58,730 bases of DNA, filler included, from Sphacelaria rigidula (GCA_964200075.2; 10 parts of 10 records of this genome joined end to end with filler, not necessarily neighbours in it); one strand, 5' to 3'. Positions 22,011-35,624 are shown, counted from the whole stretch's first letter. Numbers and translations are program-made. Notes: generated from the letters alone by a model not told the origin.

Positions 22011-22767
22011 CCCATGGCCGATAGTGGCCAGCCTGCTGTGGCGATGAGGGAGGATAGTGGAAATGAGCATGCCGCCAGCGCTGATGCGCGTGGAAGCGCT
22101 GGGAGTGAAGGACGGCGTTGTGTGAGTTAGCAACCGCGTTTCCCACCTTGGTGCGCTCAAGGGGAACAGGAAGAGCGACAATCTTGACGCGAGTTTTTAG
22201 GTGTGCATACGCGGTGTGTGTGGGGAGAGGGGGATGAGGGGGGAGGGAAGATGCTTTCAAGTGCAATCGGGAAATCAAGTCGCGTCACCTTGCGCGTCAC
22301 CTCAATGCGAATGGTTAGGCGCGTTGAGCCCCATATGCCTGGGAGATGTGACGGGGAAGAAAGGATAGAAAAAATGCACGAAGCCCGCCGACCCGTCATG
22401 CAGAGCATTAAGTTATGTGTTGGCGTGAAAGGGAAAGTCTACTATTTTGTAACATTCTTATCGCCGCCTGCGGTCGAACGCCCCCGATAGCTGAGTGTGT
22501 CGATCTCTTGAGCTCGGGGGTAGTGTGCGAGGCAAGATGACTCTTTCCCCCTCTCGCTGCGTTCCACATTTCATCCTGCCGCGGTGTCAGTATGCGATGC
22601 AGCAGTGCGCGCGGCGGCGCTAGTGTGCTTGGCATATTTCTTTGCGCTGTTACTTTTTTTGCGCACCTGTTCCATGTGCTGCGTGCGGGCGGTGTGTGCG
22701 GCGGCATCTTCTTCTTGTTGTCGAGCGGGCGTTTTGGAGTTGTATTTCTCGTATTGTTTTTTCTTCC

Positions 22768-22805
<38 letters not shown>

Positions 22806-24144
22806 CCGAGTTGCTTCGTCCGCGCCATCAACACCAGAAGAAATGTAATTTTCTCCCATCGTTTTCGTTTAGTTCGATTCTTCGATGACATTTAGACTTT
22901 TTTTAAATTTACTGTCAAATATCCCTGCGCTTTCTTCGAGCTTGACCCGTGTCACAAGTGGATCCTCTGCGCCTCTTGCCGGAATAGTTTTGGGCGTGAT
23001 GTCCACTGGTACTAGCTCTCTCAGACAAGCTCAATCCTGGGCAACAGACGGGTACAGCGTACTCGTACGTTGAGACGGAAAAAAAATTCAAAGGTTCAGA
23101 CTTAGTTCTGCAGGCGCGATTCTGTCTGAAGCATTGGCTGACCATGTTTGCGTTTTTTTTAATCGCTCCAGTGCCTCCGAGTAGCTACGAAGGATTTTTA
23201 AGCATCCCTGACCAATCCGCCCTCTGTTGGAAGACTCATCTTGTCTGTTGGTACACAGGCTGTCGCTGGACTGTGAACTCATCAGCACGAAACATATGAG
23301 CCGCTCCACCGGCTGTTTGTACGGGTCGTCGTATGGATTGATGTCCTGAAAGTTTGTTTTTTCTGATATTTTTCGGTGTCGCGGCCCTTCTAAAGCCGGA
23401 AACAACGAACGGAGTTCATGCAGACGCTTCCCNNNNNNNNNNNNNNNNNNNNNNNNNNNNNNNNNNNNNNNNNNNNTTAATTAATTAANNNNNNNNNNNN
23501 NNNNNNNNNNNNNNNNNNNNNNNNNNNNNNNNTCCATATGAAATTCATTTGTCATAAATTTATGTCAGGGAAAGCACGGCTTTTGAGTTGAACCTCATTT
23601 TTGTTTTCAACCCCATTTTCGAGAATCCGTTGTTCATTTGTGCTAAAGTTTTCCCACGAAAAATTCGGAGTCAGGAACGAGACACGATAGGAGCGTAGTA
23701 ATCATTCTGACTAATAAGGACTATCAAAGTGGTCACTTTGTTGCCCTACAGGTAAACCGCGGGCACACCACTTCGCAGTGTAGCTGTGTTTGACCGAACT
23801 GATCATGACCATTCAACCATAGATTGCATACGAGTTGGGCCAGCAGTAAATCCCACATACAGGCTGGGCCACTCGACAGAGATTTTTGAACGTATTTTGG
23901 CGATGCTGTGTGGGTAATTCGAAGAGTTGGGCGCTGAAATTTGGACACAACATTTTCACCAAACTACGCACAACAAGTCTCGAGTTGTATTGAAAAAAAC
24001 AAACAAACAGGAAGTTAGAGCGATTTGAAGTTTCTGCAAAAACTAGAAAAATGCTATAACTCCGTGAAAAAAAACATGGGTGCACCTCCAGAAATTATAG
24101 TTGAGACGATGCGACATGCATGCGTGCACGATCAAAACATGCTA

Positions 24145-25639
24145 CAGGCTGGTCCGCTTATCACCCAAACTTGTGTCATCAGCAAATGTCTTTCGCAATA
24201 CCCACCCAACTGTCGCATACATGGTATCATGCTGACCGCCATGAACAGCTGAAGAGCGTCACATAGCCAGATTTGTGTGCAAGGCCATACTGGTAGCGCT
24301 GAGGGCGAAAAATATATCGACCAATCAGCGCCTGTCGAATTGTTCCGGGGTCGAATTTACGAGTTCCAAGCCGAATTTTCACCCAATCTCCACATGACTC
24401 AAATCGCAGTAACCGCCATCGGTTCGGCAATCTAACGAAAAAACACATAATCGAAAACGGTTTCTACGGGGGTCGAATGATACCCGAAATCGTCATAATT
24501 CGGCGATGTCGAGTGTTGGTGTCGTCTAATATCCACTCATGATACGCACGAAAGATCCAGGGGGCCTCGTGACGGTGACCCCTACATCTGCTGTAGGAAT
24601 CTCAGATCGCCCTCAAACTTGGCAGTTCTATAGATATTGATGCTCCAAATGGTAAAATTGTATCCTTGCCAATACTTTAAAGATTCTTCGTTCTCCGCCG
24701 GTTTCCGGGGGTCCCAGTATGAAGATCCCCGGAAGGCGGTACAGGATGCCCCCCCCCCCCCCCTCCCCCCAAATAAAACGATGCGTCTCGGGGTAGTCCA
24801 AGGAACGCATGTACGAAGTTTGGTGGGGAAACTCGAAAACCTCATTTAGTTTTGTTTTACGTAAAATTCACCCCAAAAGACGTTTCCATACTAGAACCAA
24901 GTAGTCAGGAGTTGCTGTTTCTCCACAAACGCGCAAAACTTCACGCCGTTATCAGGAGTTCAATCCTGAAATTTGCACAAATATGCTATGTGTCATTACA
25001 CAACTTTTTATGAACGACGTTTTTTTACATTTTGATTTATTTATTGATTTTTGGTGGTCCGATGGGATCAAAGTCGTTTTTGGAAGTAGTCTCCTTTCTG
25101 GGACCCGGAAAACCGGCACTACGATATTTTTTGCTTCATTTTGTCGCGAACGATCTGTCGCCGATCACTCAAGGAAGGGCCCACAAAAGTTCGCCGCAAA
25201 ACTCGATCAACTGATGCGTGAATATTCATGTTCACGTCAATAGAGGCCCCAACACGCTGTTTTCATAAGAAAATCAAGTGATATGCGGTTTCACCGCGGC
25301 ACGGCAAAGTTCATCGCACAAAATAAAAAACCTGATGCTGCTTCAAGGAGTTAGACCCTGAATTTTTGCACAACTGTGCTGTGGGTTATTACGCAACCTC
25401 AGGTGAACGAGTTTTTTTCCCCATCGTTTTAAGGGGGTCCGATTGGATCGCTGTTTCCCCCCCCAAACTGGGACCCCCGAAAAACGGTGAAAACGTCAAA
25501 GAGTAGTGAAAAAAATGACCTTCGAAGGTTGCGTCATGCGCCATACAACATCTGTGCAAAATTTCAGTGTCCAACTCCTTGAAGCGGCGTGAGGTTTTGC
25601 CGATGAGTGTATTTTGGGTGATGAGCGTAAACCAGCCTG
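24145..25639. mobile_element. Non-autonomous Tc1/mariner-like element
   Basis: TA|CAGGCTGGTCCGCTTATCACCCAAA... and ...TTTTGGGTGATGAGCGTAAACCAGCCTG|TA. Internal inverted GGGGGTCCCAG/CTGGGACCCCC blocks. Related ends at ~23860 and ~29112. Confidence 0.55.
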
Positions 25640-25850
25640 TAGCCTCGGCGGAAATCCTGGCAGGAGAAATGGGCTGATTCCCTGAGATCACGGAATCATC
25701 CCGAGGAAGGAGGGCGTCTGACGAGTGTGATGGAAAAAACAAGTAGTGAGCTTCAACAACTTCCTGTGCTCCTTACATGGGCCATGTAAACGGTGCGTCA
25801 GTGCTCGAAAAGTGTCTGCCATGTCCAGTCTCAACACACGTGCCAGGTAC

Positions 25851-25992
25851 GAATAATGCCACGGTAGGGGTGCACTTTTCAGTCCAAAAGGTTTCTGAGG
25901 CTGCGCACCAAGGCTCAGATATTAGTCATCGAGAGGCTCCTACAGCAAAGAGTCTCAGAAAAAAAACGCGCACTCCTACTGTGGCATTGCTC
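25851..25992. mobile_element. 142-bp MITE with 4-bp TSD (Sola2-like)
   Basis: GTAC|GAATAATGCCACGGTAGGGGTGCAC...GCGCACTCCTACTGTGGCATTGCTC|GTAC. Confidence 0.8.
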
Positions 25993-27330
25993 GTACACGG
26001 TACCTCCTCCGGCGTTCCAATACAAGCCACCAATAGCCGCGTGTTTCCTCATCGTGGGCCCTAAATCAGCGATCGTTGGCGCGGGGGTTACTGAGTTAGT
26101 CAGAGATGAATGGGTTTTCAATAAAAGTATCGACGGAAGCGGCAGCGGAACTGTCGTTCTCCCAGTCGCGCTCCGCTGCACATCCCATCTAGAACCAGAT
26201 ATCCCGAAGATAGTTCATTGGGAATTTTTTGTCGAGGACGTCACGAACTCATCGCCTCTCTGCCTCTCTCCACAAGTCAAAAATAATCATCCACATGGGC
26301 CACATGGATCAGTTACACCACTTCATCAATTTTCCACCAACACACACGGATCGATATATTGCACAGCTCAATGCAACAACCCTTCACCAACGGAGGAGCT
26401 AACGACCAGCTTGCTGAACTCCGAAAATCGCTTCCACACAACTCAACATCTCGTCAGGTACTGTACCGCGTCCAGACGAAAGCTTCGTTTCACGTGCCAG
26501 TGTGTCCACACCCGGTCTAACAAACGCTTTTGCCGCATCCGAATGCTACCTCAGCAATTCCTCGATGACGGCAATCGCCATCACTAGTGTAACAAGTGTT
26601 TCGAAGTAGTCAGTGTGCACAACGCTGTCTGAAACCTCGTGCTACGAACTTTTCGCTCGCTTTTTCGTGGCGAATCCCAAGCGACCTTCCTCAGAAGGAA
26701 GCAGTTCTTTTGCCCTGAAGATGTTCACCCCCTTCAACCAAGCTCTTCTCAAAAACGTGCCTGTAGTATCATGCACATTCAAAAATGCTCACGCATGGTG
26801 CCAAAAAAAGCCTCATTACATTCATACTTTTCGACGTCCTCCCAGCTTACAGGGACACTTTTCACGAGTCCAGTATGAAAACAAATCGGGACGACACTCA
26901 AAATCAGACTTCCCTGAGTTTATGGCACTTCTCGCGGTGGAGCCGTCGCTGAGGTGATCGCTGGAAGCGTAGAACATAATAGCGGACTCCTGTTCGGATT
27001 TTCACTGCTCGAGTTCTTCGTCCAGAATTGTGGTGACGTGCGCAAGCCCCGGACCCGGCGCGGCGGCAAAAATTCTGGAGGCAATCCTGAAAAGAAGAAG
27101 TTCGACTATTTTTGCAGTTCTACCACGGTTTCGCGGCGAGGTGGCCCAGATATCACCAACATTCTCCGCTTTTGCCGACCCGACCTGCTTGACGCCGCCA
27201 CTCGCGAAGCCACTGCCGCCGTCCCCTCGACCACCACCCTCATTTCCGCACCCTGGTCCGTTCTCCCTCCTCCCTAGTTTCTCCGCCGAGGGCCACTGAG
27301 TCGACCGGGTTGGCCTTTTGCGACATCGGC

Positions 27331-28458
27331 CTAGCCGCTTGAAGAGTTTTTCTTGTTGTGGACAAGCTGCTTGAACTCGGGCGACTCATAACGACCCCTC
27401 ACGGCAAATATAACGGCCTCACGCGACAGACTTCCCTCCGCACGCGCCTCCAGCACCGCCCGCTGGATGTCATACTCGCGCGGCAAGGCATGCAAGAACA
27501 TTGCCAGAATGAGCGACTCCTTCACGTCAAAGGGATCATCGTATGTCCGGAGCGTTTGGGCCGTGATTTCCATCTCTAGTAGCTTAGCGATGGGGTTGTC
27601 CTTTGCTCTGATCTTGGTGCGGTGCATTTTCTCCAACAGCGCCAGTTTCTCCCTTGGAGTGGGGCCGTGAGCCTCAATCAACCCTCGCCATGCCGCACCA
27701 GGCGATGTTACGCGAAAGAGGATGTTCCTGTCCATCTCGGATTTCAGGCTCGTTGACAGGAGCTGCCAAGCTTTCACATGCGCAGCGACTACGCCCTCGC
27801 CGAACTGTGCCTGTAATGTATACACTGCAACCTCTGGGTCTCCTACATTGACGTCGTTGGCGGAATCTTTAGCTGATGTGAACACCCAATCAACCCCCTC
27901 CCACCTCGCAAACATGATAAACTCTCGCTGGAAGCGCGGGAAAGACGAATCACTTCCTCCGAAGAGTGGTATAGCTGGTCTGAAACCACCCTGAAAACCA
28001 AAGTCATACGAAGCAGCCAAATGGCGTTTGGTGTCGAGAATCCTAGCCTCGTCGGTTCCAGCCTCGTGATTGCCCGGAGATGGCCCGCTCTGTGCATGTG
28101 GACCCACATCAGGAGTTTGTTGATGGCATCCTGCAGGGTTTGTTGTTGACAGGATCTCATCTTGCTCATCAGTGTGCAGTTTTCTTACGTCACCTTCCGT
28201 TCTCATCTCGTGGGGGGCACCACTCATGGCGAAGCCTCCTGCATCTTCGCCTCCTGCATCTATTTCTTGAGCTTCTGCGTCGTCCATCCTGGCGTCGTTG
28301 CCCGGTACCTCCGCCAGCTCGTCTTGCCCCAGCTGTGACTCTTCCGCGTGTTCCCCCAGCGAGTCTCGCGCTTCCAGACGGTCTACTGGATCGTCTACTA
28401 TCTCTGCTTCCAAGGTCTCTGGGGTAGTACTATCAGATGGTGATGATGGTGACATCAT
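27331..28458 (-). mobile_element. Copia-type gag ORF with an acidic N-terminal extension; downstream part decayed
   Basis: FPRFQREFIMFA...AWQLLSTSL...SPGAAWRGLIEAHGP...DNPIAKLLEME...FLHALPREYDIQRAVLE is a gag (UBN2-like) pattern. A Gly-rich and Zn-knuckle remnant continues past the stop to ~27000. Confidence 0.75.
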
Positions 28459-29898
28459 AAAGTCCACCGGTGTTGGGTAACTCTGCGAAATCCACGCTGT
28501 GAGAGCCAGCTGCCAGCAGCCAAAGCCAGGTGTCAGATGCGCCACACGTTGTGAGTATGTCCTAGGGTAACGTTTGTTTGATTGGAAGATGACAATTAGA
28601 ATCACTTGTACTGTCCTCCGCTTGAGCTGAAACAAATCGCGGCATTCGAAGTAGACACCAAAACATGCTCGCTGTTAAAAAAATGCCTCGTTTAGCGGGA
28701 TCATTGGGTAGACTGCAACATCGCCACTTCCAACAAGCCACTACACCTATCTGCGCCACAGCAAGGTGCGGCCAGTGTAAATAACCAACAGTAGGAAACA
28801 GACAGTAGGACAGTACAGTACTGGTTTTGTACCACCTCTACAGACAACAGTAGAGTACAGACAGAGCATCCACAACAACAGTACAGCCAAGTGCATGCAA
28901 TGAACATAGCACCTCCTCGCCCGTGTGCTGCAACTGGCAAAGTCACATTGTGCGAGGTGAGCATCAGGAAGATTTTCCATGGTCACCTTCGTACCTATCT
29001 AGTACCAGTTCACCGTGTTCTCAGGCCACTCAAACGCGATGCAAGGTTCTGGGCAACAACACTCCACCTACATGCATAAATTATTCCGAAATAACGGCGT
29101 TCTGTACTGTACAGGCTGGTTCACGCCCATCAACCTCAAAAGGCTAATCCGCAAATCTTCATGCCATCTTCAGGAGTTTTTGTACCCTGAAATTTGCATA
29201 ATTTTGTTATGGATCATTACGAAAATTTCGAAGGCCCAGTTTCTCCTACCTTTTGGCTGTTTTTCATACGTCGGACGAGCACGAGCGTCACTCGTGCACT
29301 CGTGCTCGTTGGGCTNNNNNNNNNNNNNNNNNNNNNNNNNNNNNNNNNNNNNNNNNNNNTTAATTAATTAANNNNNNNNNNNNNNNNNNNNNNNNNNNNN
29401 NNNNNNNNNNNNNNNTTTTTTTTTTTTTTGGTGTTTTTCATTCTTCTTCCCCCCCCCCCCCGAACATTTCCCCTCATTCGTTGACAGCCAGAGGCGAAAC
29501 ACTCTCCGGTCATTAGCCTCCCACCTCATTTTGGTTTGTCACGCTTCTGTAAGCCTTCACGCTCGGGCAAAGCCCGCGCTTCAAATAGTTCAGCCGTTAT
29601 CCACACATTTTTCCCACAGTCGAGCGCGAGCACTCTGCCTGGGGCGCAACAATATATTCTCTGGAGAACCCCTTGCCGGAGGATTCTCTGTCTGTCTACG
29701 GGTTCGCATTGGGTTCAGGCGACGTTTTAGGCTTTGAGACGTTCAAGGGTGTGTTAACGAGAAACCCTTTGGTGATGAACTCGCGCAAACTCGGCTCTTG
29801 CCCGCGGTTTACCGCGTCTTACAAGGGCGATTGATTCAGTCCTTCTTGATTGAATATGGATGGGTACCTGGTTGGCAAATGTGCCCCGATAAAATCAG

Positions 29899-29987
29899 GC
29901 GATCTGACTGTCCGAGAGACGTTCGAAACGGCGGCGAGATTGAGGAACATCGGGACCATCGAACAGGCGTCAAGATCTTCCCAAGAG
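29899..29987 (+). CDS. ABCG transporter exon (NBD)
   Basis: atcag|GC GAT CTG ACT GTC CGA GAG ACG TTC...CAA GAG|gtgatt encodes DLTVRETFETAARLRNIGTIEQASRSSQE (LTVRET motif). Joins in phase to 32739. Confidence 0.85.
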
Positions 29988-30672
29988 GTGATTGATAATA
30001 GTTCATAGTTCATAATTCATTATGGATAGATGCACCGACGGTGTGTCTTACATTGCAACAATATTTTTTTCATACCATTCGTGCGACCGACTGCACTACG
30101 TTCATGGCTTGGACATGAGACGAATCCCAAGATAACTAAATAGAGAAAAGCAAAACTTGCCGTTCAAGCAGGGGGATACCGTTTTTTCCGTCTCTTTTGA
30201 TCCAATACGAGTGAAATACTCCTAAAAATCGTATACAATCCTCACAGAAGCAGCGCACGTGCCGACATGGGAACACACCCCCTGATCTCAACAAAACAAG
30301 TTCGCAGCCTCGGCGCACCCCGTCAACATTTAACATGAAAACCTGTTTTTTCCCTGCAACCATGCACGTCTCTAGTCGGTTTCATCTCGGTGAGAAGTAG
30401 ATCCTCGATACGGTCAGTAAGTTGTGTGGCCTCCACACTACGATGAACATGGGGACTCAACATCCAGAGCACGGATAAAGCCGGTGTGGTAGCCTTTAGA
30501 CTTGTCCTATGTCATGTAGCACGTGCGGTGTGACTATAGAAACGCCTGGGGCAAAGAGCATAGGTATATACCGTACCCATTTCCTCACGTGCGGCGGCTA
30601 TACCAATATACCCGTAGCCTCCCTGCGTTCAGCAAACAGCCTATGAAGACAACAAGAATAGCCAAGAACTTT

Positions 30673-30698
30673 AGCAGCAGCAGCAGCAGCAGCAGCAG
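30673..30698. repeat. (CAG)n microsatellite
   Basis: agcagcagcagcagcagcagcagcag. Confidence 0.9.
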
Positions 30699-31344
30699 TG
30701 TTGGTGATGATGATGCTGTCCCCTAAGGTACGCGATTGTGCTTTAACGGTTTGACTGCGACTTGTTTTCATTTCGGCGTTGTCCACTCTTGTCGACGCGA
30801 ATTAGGCTAACTACATTTGAGTCGATGTTTTTGTGTGGAAATGTTTTCTTTCCCTCCAGCAACAAGTATCTGCAACAACTGCGTATTACTCAGAGGGTAA
30901 AAACAAATATTTCGCAGCATCGCGGTGTTTCAATGTTTTGGAATAGCATCTCACCCTACAAAAATTGAAGGGCGTTTATTATCTTCTGGGTAAAGAGAGA
31001 GGGAAATGGAGAAATAGAGAAAGGGCGCGAAGGTGAGAGACCATAGCAGAGTTTGCTTTCGAACGATATAATTACTCTACTTGGAAAAATGCATGCCATT
31101 TTTCGTCTTGAGGTCTGAAAGCTATTCCGAAAGCGATCATGATAGTACTTCTCTCGTCCCGTCAGTAAAATCGGTGATTTTTGCCCGAGGCCTCAACCGT
31201 GTACGGTGCGTTGGGCGATAAGATTGTCACAACCTTTGACGTTTTTATTTCGATACTTTTCTTTTTTTTCCCATTGCCCTACGCGCGCGAACGGCCGAAA
31301 ACACTGGATCCGCCCCAGAATGGCCATTACTCGCCCCTATTCCC

Positions 31345-32110
31345 GGTAGGAGCATACTCGTTTGTTGCTTGCCTTGACCGTTTGACCATTGACCACGCAT
31401 CCCTTTCGAGACGGAGCACCCTTCCTACTCCTGATAGAGACACCTCCAATATTCCGGCGCTCATTACGTTTCTTCCATACATTGCACAGAAACCCTTTAC
31501 CTACCTTATCCCCGTCCTGTTTCGCCGTCTGAGGCCAGCACCTATCTCCCAGTATAGGCGTCACTTTTTCGCTACTGACTGATGCATCAAACGATTCCAT
31601 GCCACCTTCGTTCACGCCCCGCATTTCCCCCTCTAGCGCGTTCCGTTCCTCCTTGTATAGTCTACATTCTGCCACTATATGACTTCTGCTTTCTATTGCC
31701 TTGCCACAAGGGCAGTTCTGTGCATCTACTTCCTCCTCCACTCGACTACTGGTAAATATCTTTCTTCTTTCTGGCAGGTCCAGGTCCCCCACCCGAAATT
31801 GCAGTCTCAATTTTTTCGCCGCGTCCATTGGCCCATGCAAATGCGTTTTCATCTGAATCACCTCTCTCAACCCCCCGTATATCTCCAGGTGTTCTTCCTC
31901 GTCTACTTTGATTCTGAGTGCTCCTTTTCCGCATTTCTCTACCATGCCTCCTACCTTTGTGTTGTACCCCGTGCCTTCACCCATGGACAGTATTCCGTCT
32001 TGGTTCCCTCCAATCTCCTGCCATACTTTGTCGACTTCTCTATCCCACCTTATTTGCGTCAGAGTAAGAAGCCGGCCGCTTTTCCCGATGTTTGTTTGAG
32101 AGGTCGAGCT
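31345..32110 (-). mobile_element. 3' end of a non-LTR retrotransposon (LINE), intronic, antisense to ABCG
   Basis: LEIYGGLRE.I.MKTHLHGPMD..K.LRLQFRVGDLDLPERRK...CPCGKAIESRSHIVAEC (C-terminal CCHC-type finger). Other fragments at ~11640-11666, ~35130-35198 and 35299-35362. Confidence 0.85.
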
Positions 32111-32738
32111 CCCCGGTGTCGCCTATCTGTGGTTTGCAATCTTCCCATAGCTTTATCGGGTACTCGGGACCAGAACCGTAGCGCTCAGCAAGCGGGCCTA
32201 AATTACCCTTCGGCACTTTCGACTTGCCTGGGAGAATTGCCAACACTGTCTCCACCGCCATGGCGTAACGGCGGCCCAGTCATGCTTCGGCGCCCCATTT
32301 GCGACGCGGAGTGGTGTGCACGAGAGGGTCCATCGTGTTTGTGGCAGGTAGTGAGCGGTTTAACGTCGAAATACTACAAAATCGCGTTATGATCATAAAC
32401 GAATCCCCCCCTATTCCCCCCCTATTCCCCAAATTTGGGCAATTTCGTCCTATAAATTTTCAGTAACTGTGGCACTGACGTTTTTTATTTCCCATGAGGA
32501 TCTCCGTAACTTTGTTCGTTCAGTGAACCTGACTATTGCACCTTAAGCGAATCCGTCGAGGGAGTATCATCTTCACCTCATAACTGACTTGACGTATGGG
32601 AGACATGAAGCATCTCATTGTTGTAGCACAAGAAAGCACACAAGCACAAGAAAGCAGATGCGCGTCTGCCAAAATTGACGAGGAAATTGTCGTTCTTGTT
32701 TACCTTCCTCCCCTCCAAACCCCCCCCCAACAAATAAG

Positions 32739-32927
32739 GTTATCAACGGCTTGAGTTTGAATAAGGTTGGCGACAGTGTGATAGGAACGGTCCTTAAGCG
32801 GGGACTCTCGGGAGGAGAGAAACGCAGGACCACTGTCGGCCAGGAGCTGGTAGTGGAACAATCACTGGCGTTTTTAGACGAACCCACGAGTGGATTGGAC
32901 GGAACTGCGGCCTATGATGTCATCAAG
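32739..32927 (+). CDS. ABCG transporter exon (signature + Walker B)
   Basis: ataag|VINGLSLNKVGDSVIGTVLKRGLSGGEKRRTTVGQELVVEQSLAFLDEPTSGLDGTAAYDVIK|gtgtgt. Confidence 0.95.
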
Positions 32928-34205
32928 GTGTGTGTGTGTGTGTGTGCATGTGCACGCGCAAGGGAAATAAATGGTGAGCGGCTACACGCGGTGAAAAGCA
33001 CGAATCTTGGCAATACTTTCAATTTTATGATGTTTTGATCTTATACAGACAGTAGCGCTTCGCTGATAAGAAACGATGTTGTAAGAAAAAATGGGCTGAG
33101 ATCTCCGAGAAACGAGAAAGCGTTCAGTCTCAACGACGACCGCCACACTAGGTCCAATACAGTATGCCTACTTCTCATGAGCGGGTCGCTACTTTATATT
33201 CATTTTTGTTTGTTGTTTCCTCGCTTTTCACGTAGTTTCCTGTACTTGAGTCGTACTAGACGTGCCGTCCTCGCTCTGTTTGCGAAACGGCAGTGCTTTC
33301 AATTGCTGACGAAGTATGACGGCGTACTCCATACTTCCTTCCCTTCCCTTCCTGTTTCGTTTTGTCGTTCCCCTTTTACTTTGCCCCTCTTTTTCTTCAT
33401 ACCTGACTTCTCATTTCCCAGATTCCTCCAGCGAGTGCTTCCGCTTATTTCACCTGGAATACGTCTATACGATGTTTCCATAACTGGGATCGTCGCGATG
33501 CAGTCAATGTCGATGTGCTATCGTCAAGCGATCAATCAACCGAACCGCAGCTGCGAACCCTTTCTCCAAGCTCACCCCGAACTCTATTAATAGTGTGCAT
33601 GCAACGGCACCAATTCCTAGACGATTACTCGTTTATTTTCCGACGTATTGAAGTTAGTTGAGGAACTACGTGCCATGTTCTTTTCCACCTCGCACATCTG
33701 CGCGTGGCCGTACAAGCACACATGCATGCATGTTATGAAAATAAAGTATGTTGTTTAGGCACTTTCGACGTTAGCCTCCCCCCCCACTGAACCAGAGATG
33801 CGTGGTCAATAGGCGGAAGACTAAGGCGGGCTGCAAAAGATCGCGCGCCCGCAGCCCCCCCCCCCCCCCCCCCCCGCCTATCACAAGCAAAATCATGAGA
33901 ACCCCCCCCCCCCCCCCCACCACCAAACCAGCCCAGTGGTCTGATGACTATGGCATGCATGATCATGAGAACACCAAACCAGCCCAAACGTATCGCGAAA
34001 ACTGCGGACATATAGCGCCTGATGTTTGGATTCTTGCTGCATGAAGCGCCTCATATGGGGTTTACGTTAATTTATGCCGCCGCGCTCCGGTGGTATAATG
34101 GTACAACTGACACCATTATGTTAGAAACAAAACGCGGCATGAACAAGGTCGGGAGGCTCCTGGAGGGCTTGCCGATGATGACCTCAATGCTCGTTGTGAA
34201 TACAC

Positions 34206-34349
34206 CACACCCTAGACAAAAGGTCCTACTTTTTAAAAATGTACTGCGTACAGTATGGAATCCATTTTCTGCTGTAAAAGGCGCAGTAGTCGATACCGTA
34301 CACAGTACACTTTTTGGCAGCGTATTCTTTTGCCGTTGTCCAGGGTGTG
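34206..34349. mobile_element. 144-bp MITE, CACAC termini, 8-bp TSD
   Basis: GAATACAC|CACACCCTAGACAA...TTGTCCAGGGTGTG|GAATACAC. Confidence 0.85.
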
Positions 34350-35624
34350 GAATACACTTCCAAAGGCAAGGAAATAACACTGGGTGAATAAAAGAGGAGA
34401 TCGAGTGCGGCTCATCTCCTCAGACTACCGCAGAAACGGAAATGATACTACTGTGTTTTACGCACCAACACACGATGGGTTCGTTTCTCGCGAAACGCGT
34501 CTAGGTTTGGTTTTTTATCTGAAAAGTATCTGATTTCTACGCTTGGTTTCGAATTTTGTCAAAAGTGCACTTCCTGCCCCCCAGCACGTTTTGCGGGGAG
34601 TGGAGGCGAATGCTCGCGGATCAACCGTTCAACCATCGGCTACCATCTCGAGATTGCGCTAAGCGCGCTCCCACCAGTCAAACACCCACAACGTCAACCT
34701 CTCCCGAGCTTCAGGCACCGCGCACCTACTTTTGTAGCGTGCACATGCCGCTCCAGCTCACGCCCTGTCGACAGGAACTCAAAAGAACAGCAATAGCACG
34801 GAGTACCGCCCACCGCATACCGATATGAACTCCAGAGAACCGCAATAACACAGAGGACCGTCCACCGCATGCCGACAGGAGCTCCACAGAACCGCACAAA
34901 CACAGGAAATCCGTCGATTTACTACATGCCGCTCTCCGCAGCGTTTGGTGGAAAACGAGACGCAAAATAGAAATAAGCCAGATGGAATTCCCTCACGAAG
35001 GCGTGCCCACGATACCCTGTGTACATTTCCTCCCGGAACGGCAGATACGCGCAAACACTGCAAGGTACCCAAGCTCAACAGCAAACCAGCCTGTCAATGT
35101 TTTCCATGAACGATGCCCCCCCCCTCAGTAAAATGGTGGGATGAGAAAGTGAAAGAGGCTATCAGAGTAAGGAGAGAGGCCCCCGCGAGGTTGATGTCNN
35201 NNNNNNNNNNNNNNNNNNNNNNNNNNNNNNNNNNNNNNNNNNTTAATTAATTAANNNNNNNNNNNNNNNNNNNNNNNNNNNNNNNNNNNNNNNNNNNNGT
35301 TCCTCCTTGTATAGTTCACATTCTGCCACTATATGACTTCTGCTCTCTATTGCCTTGCCACAGAGGCCATGGTGTTGAGGGGGGGAGTTGTACGGAATGG
35401 GCGAATCCTGCGCCATCAAAGTTATTACCGTCTCGTGGGACGGAGTTGTCATCGGAGACGAACGCCTGGGATCGCTGACATGATTCGATGAGCGTGGGAA
35501 CTGTTGGAGGTAATCGCGAGGGGGTTGTTTTCTCCGTGATGTGCGGAACGATGTTCTTGGTGAAAATCTCGATAGCTCTGTCGGAGGTCGACATTTCTCC
35601 ACCCATCACTTCGTGTATGGGAAT

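Noticed and set aside
23088..23432. Minus-strand ORF at the end of segment 4
   Set aside because: Protein-like but truncated by the segment boundary, with no recognisable motif or confident splice sites
33759..33810. Candidate next ABCG exon ALSTLASPP...
   Set aside because: Runs into the AGAGATGCGTGGTCAAT motif of repeat family A (also at ~51718), hits a stop, and lacks a good donor site or the expected IHQP motif
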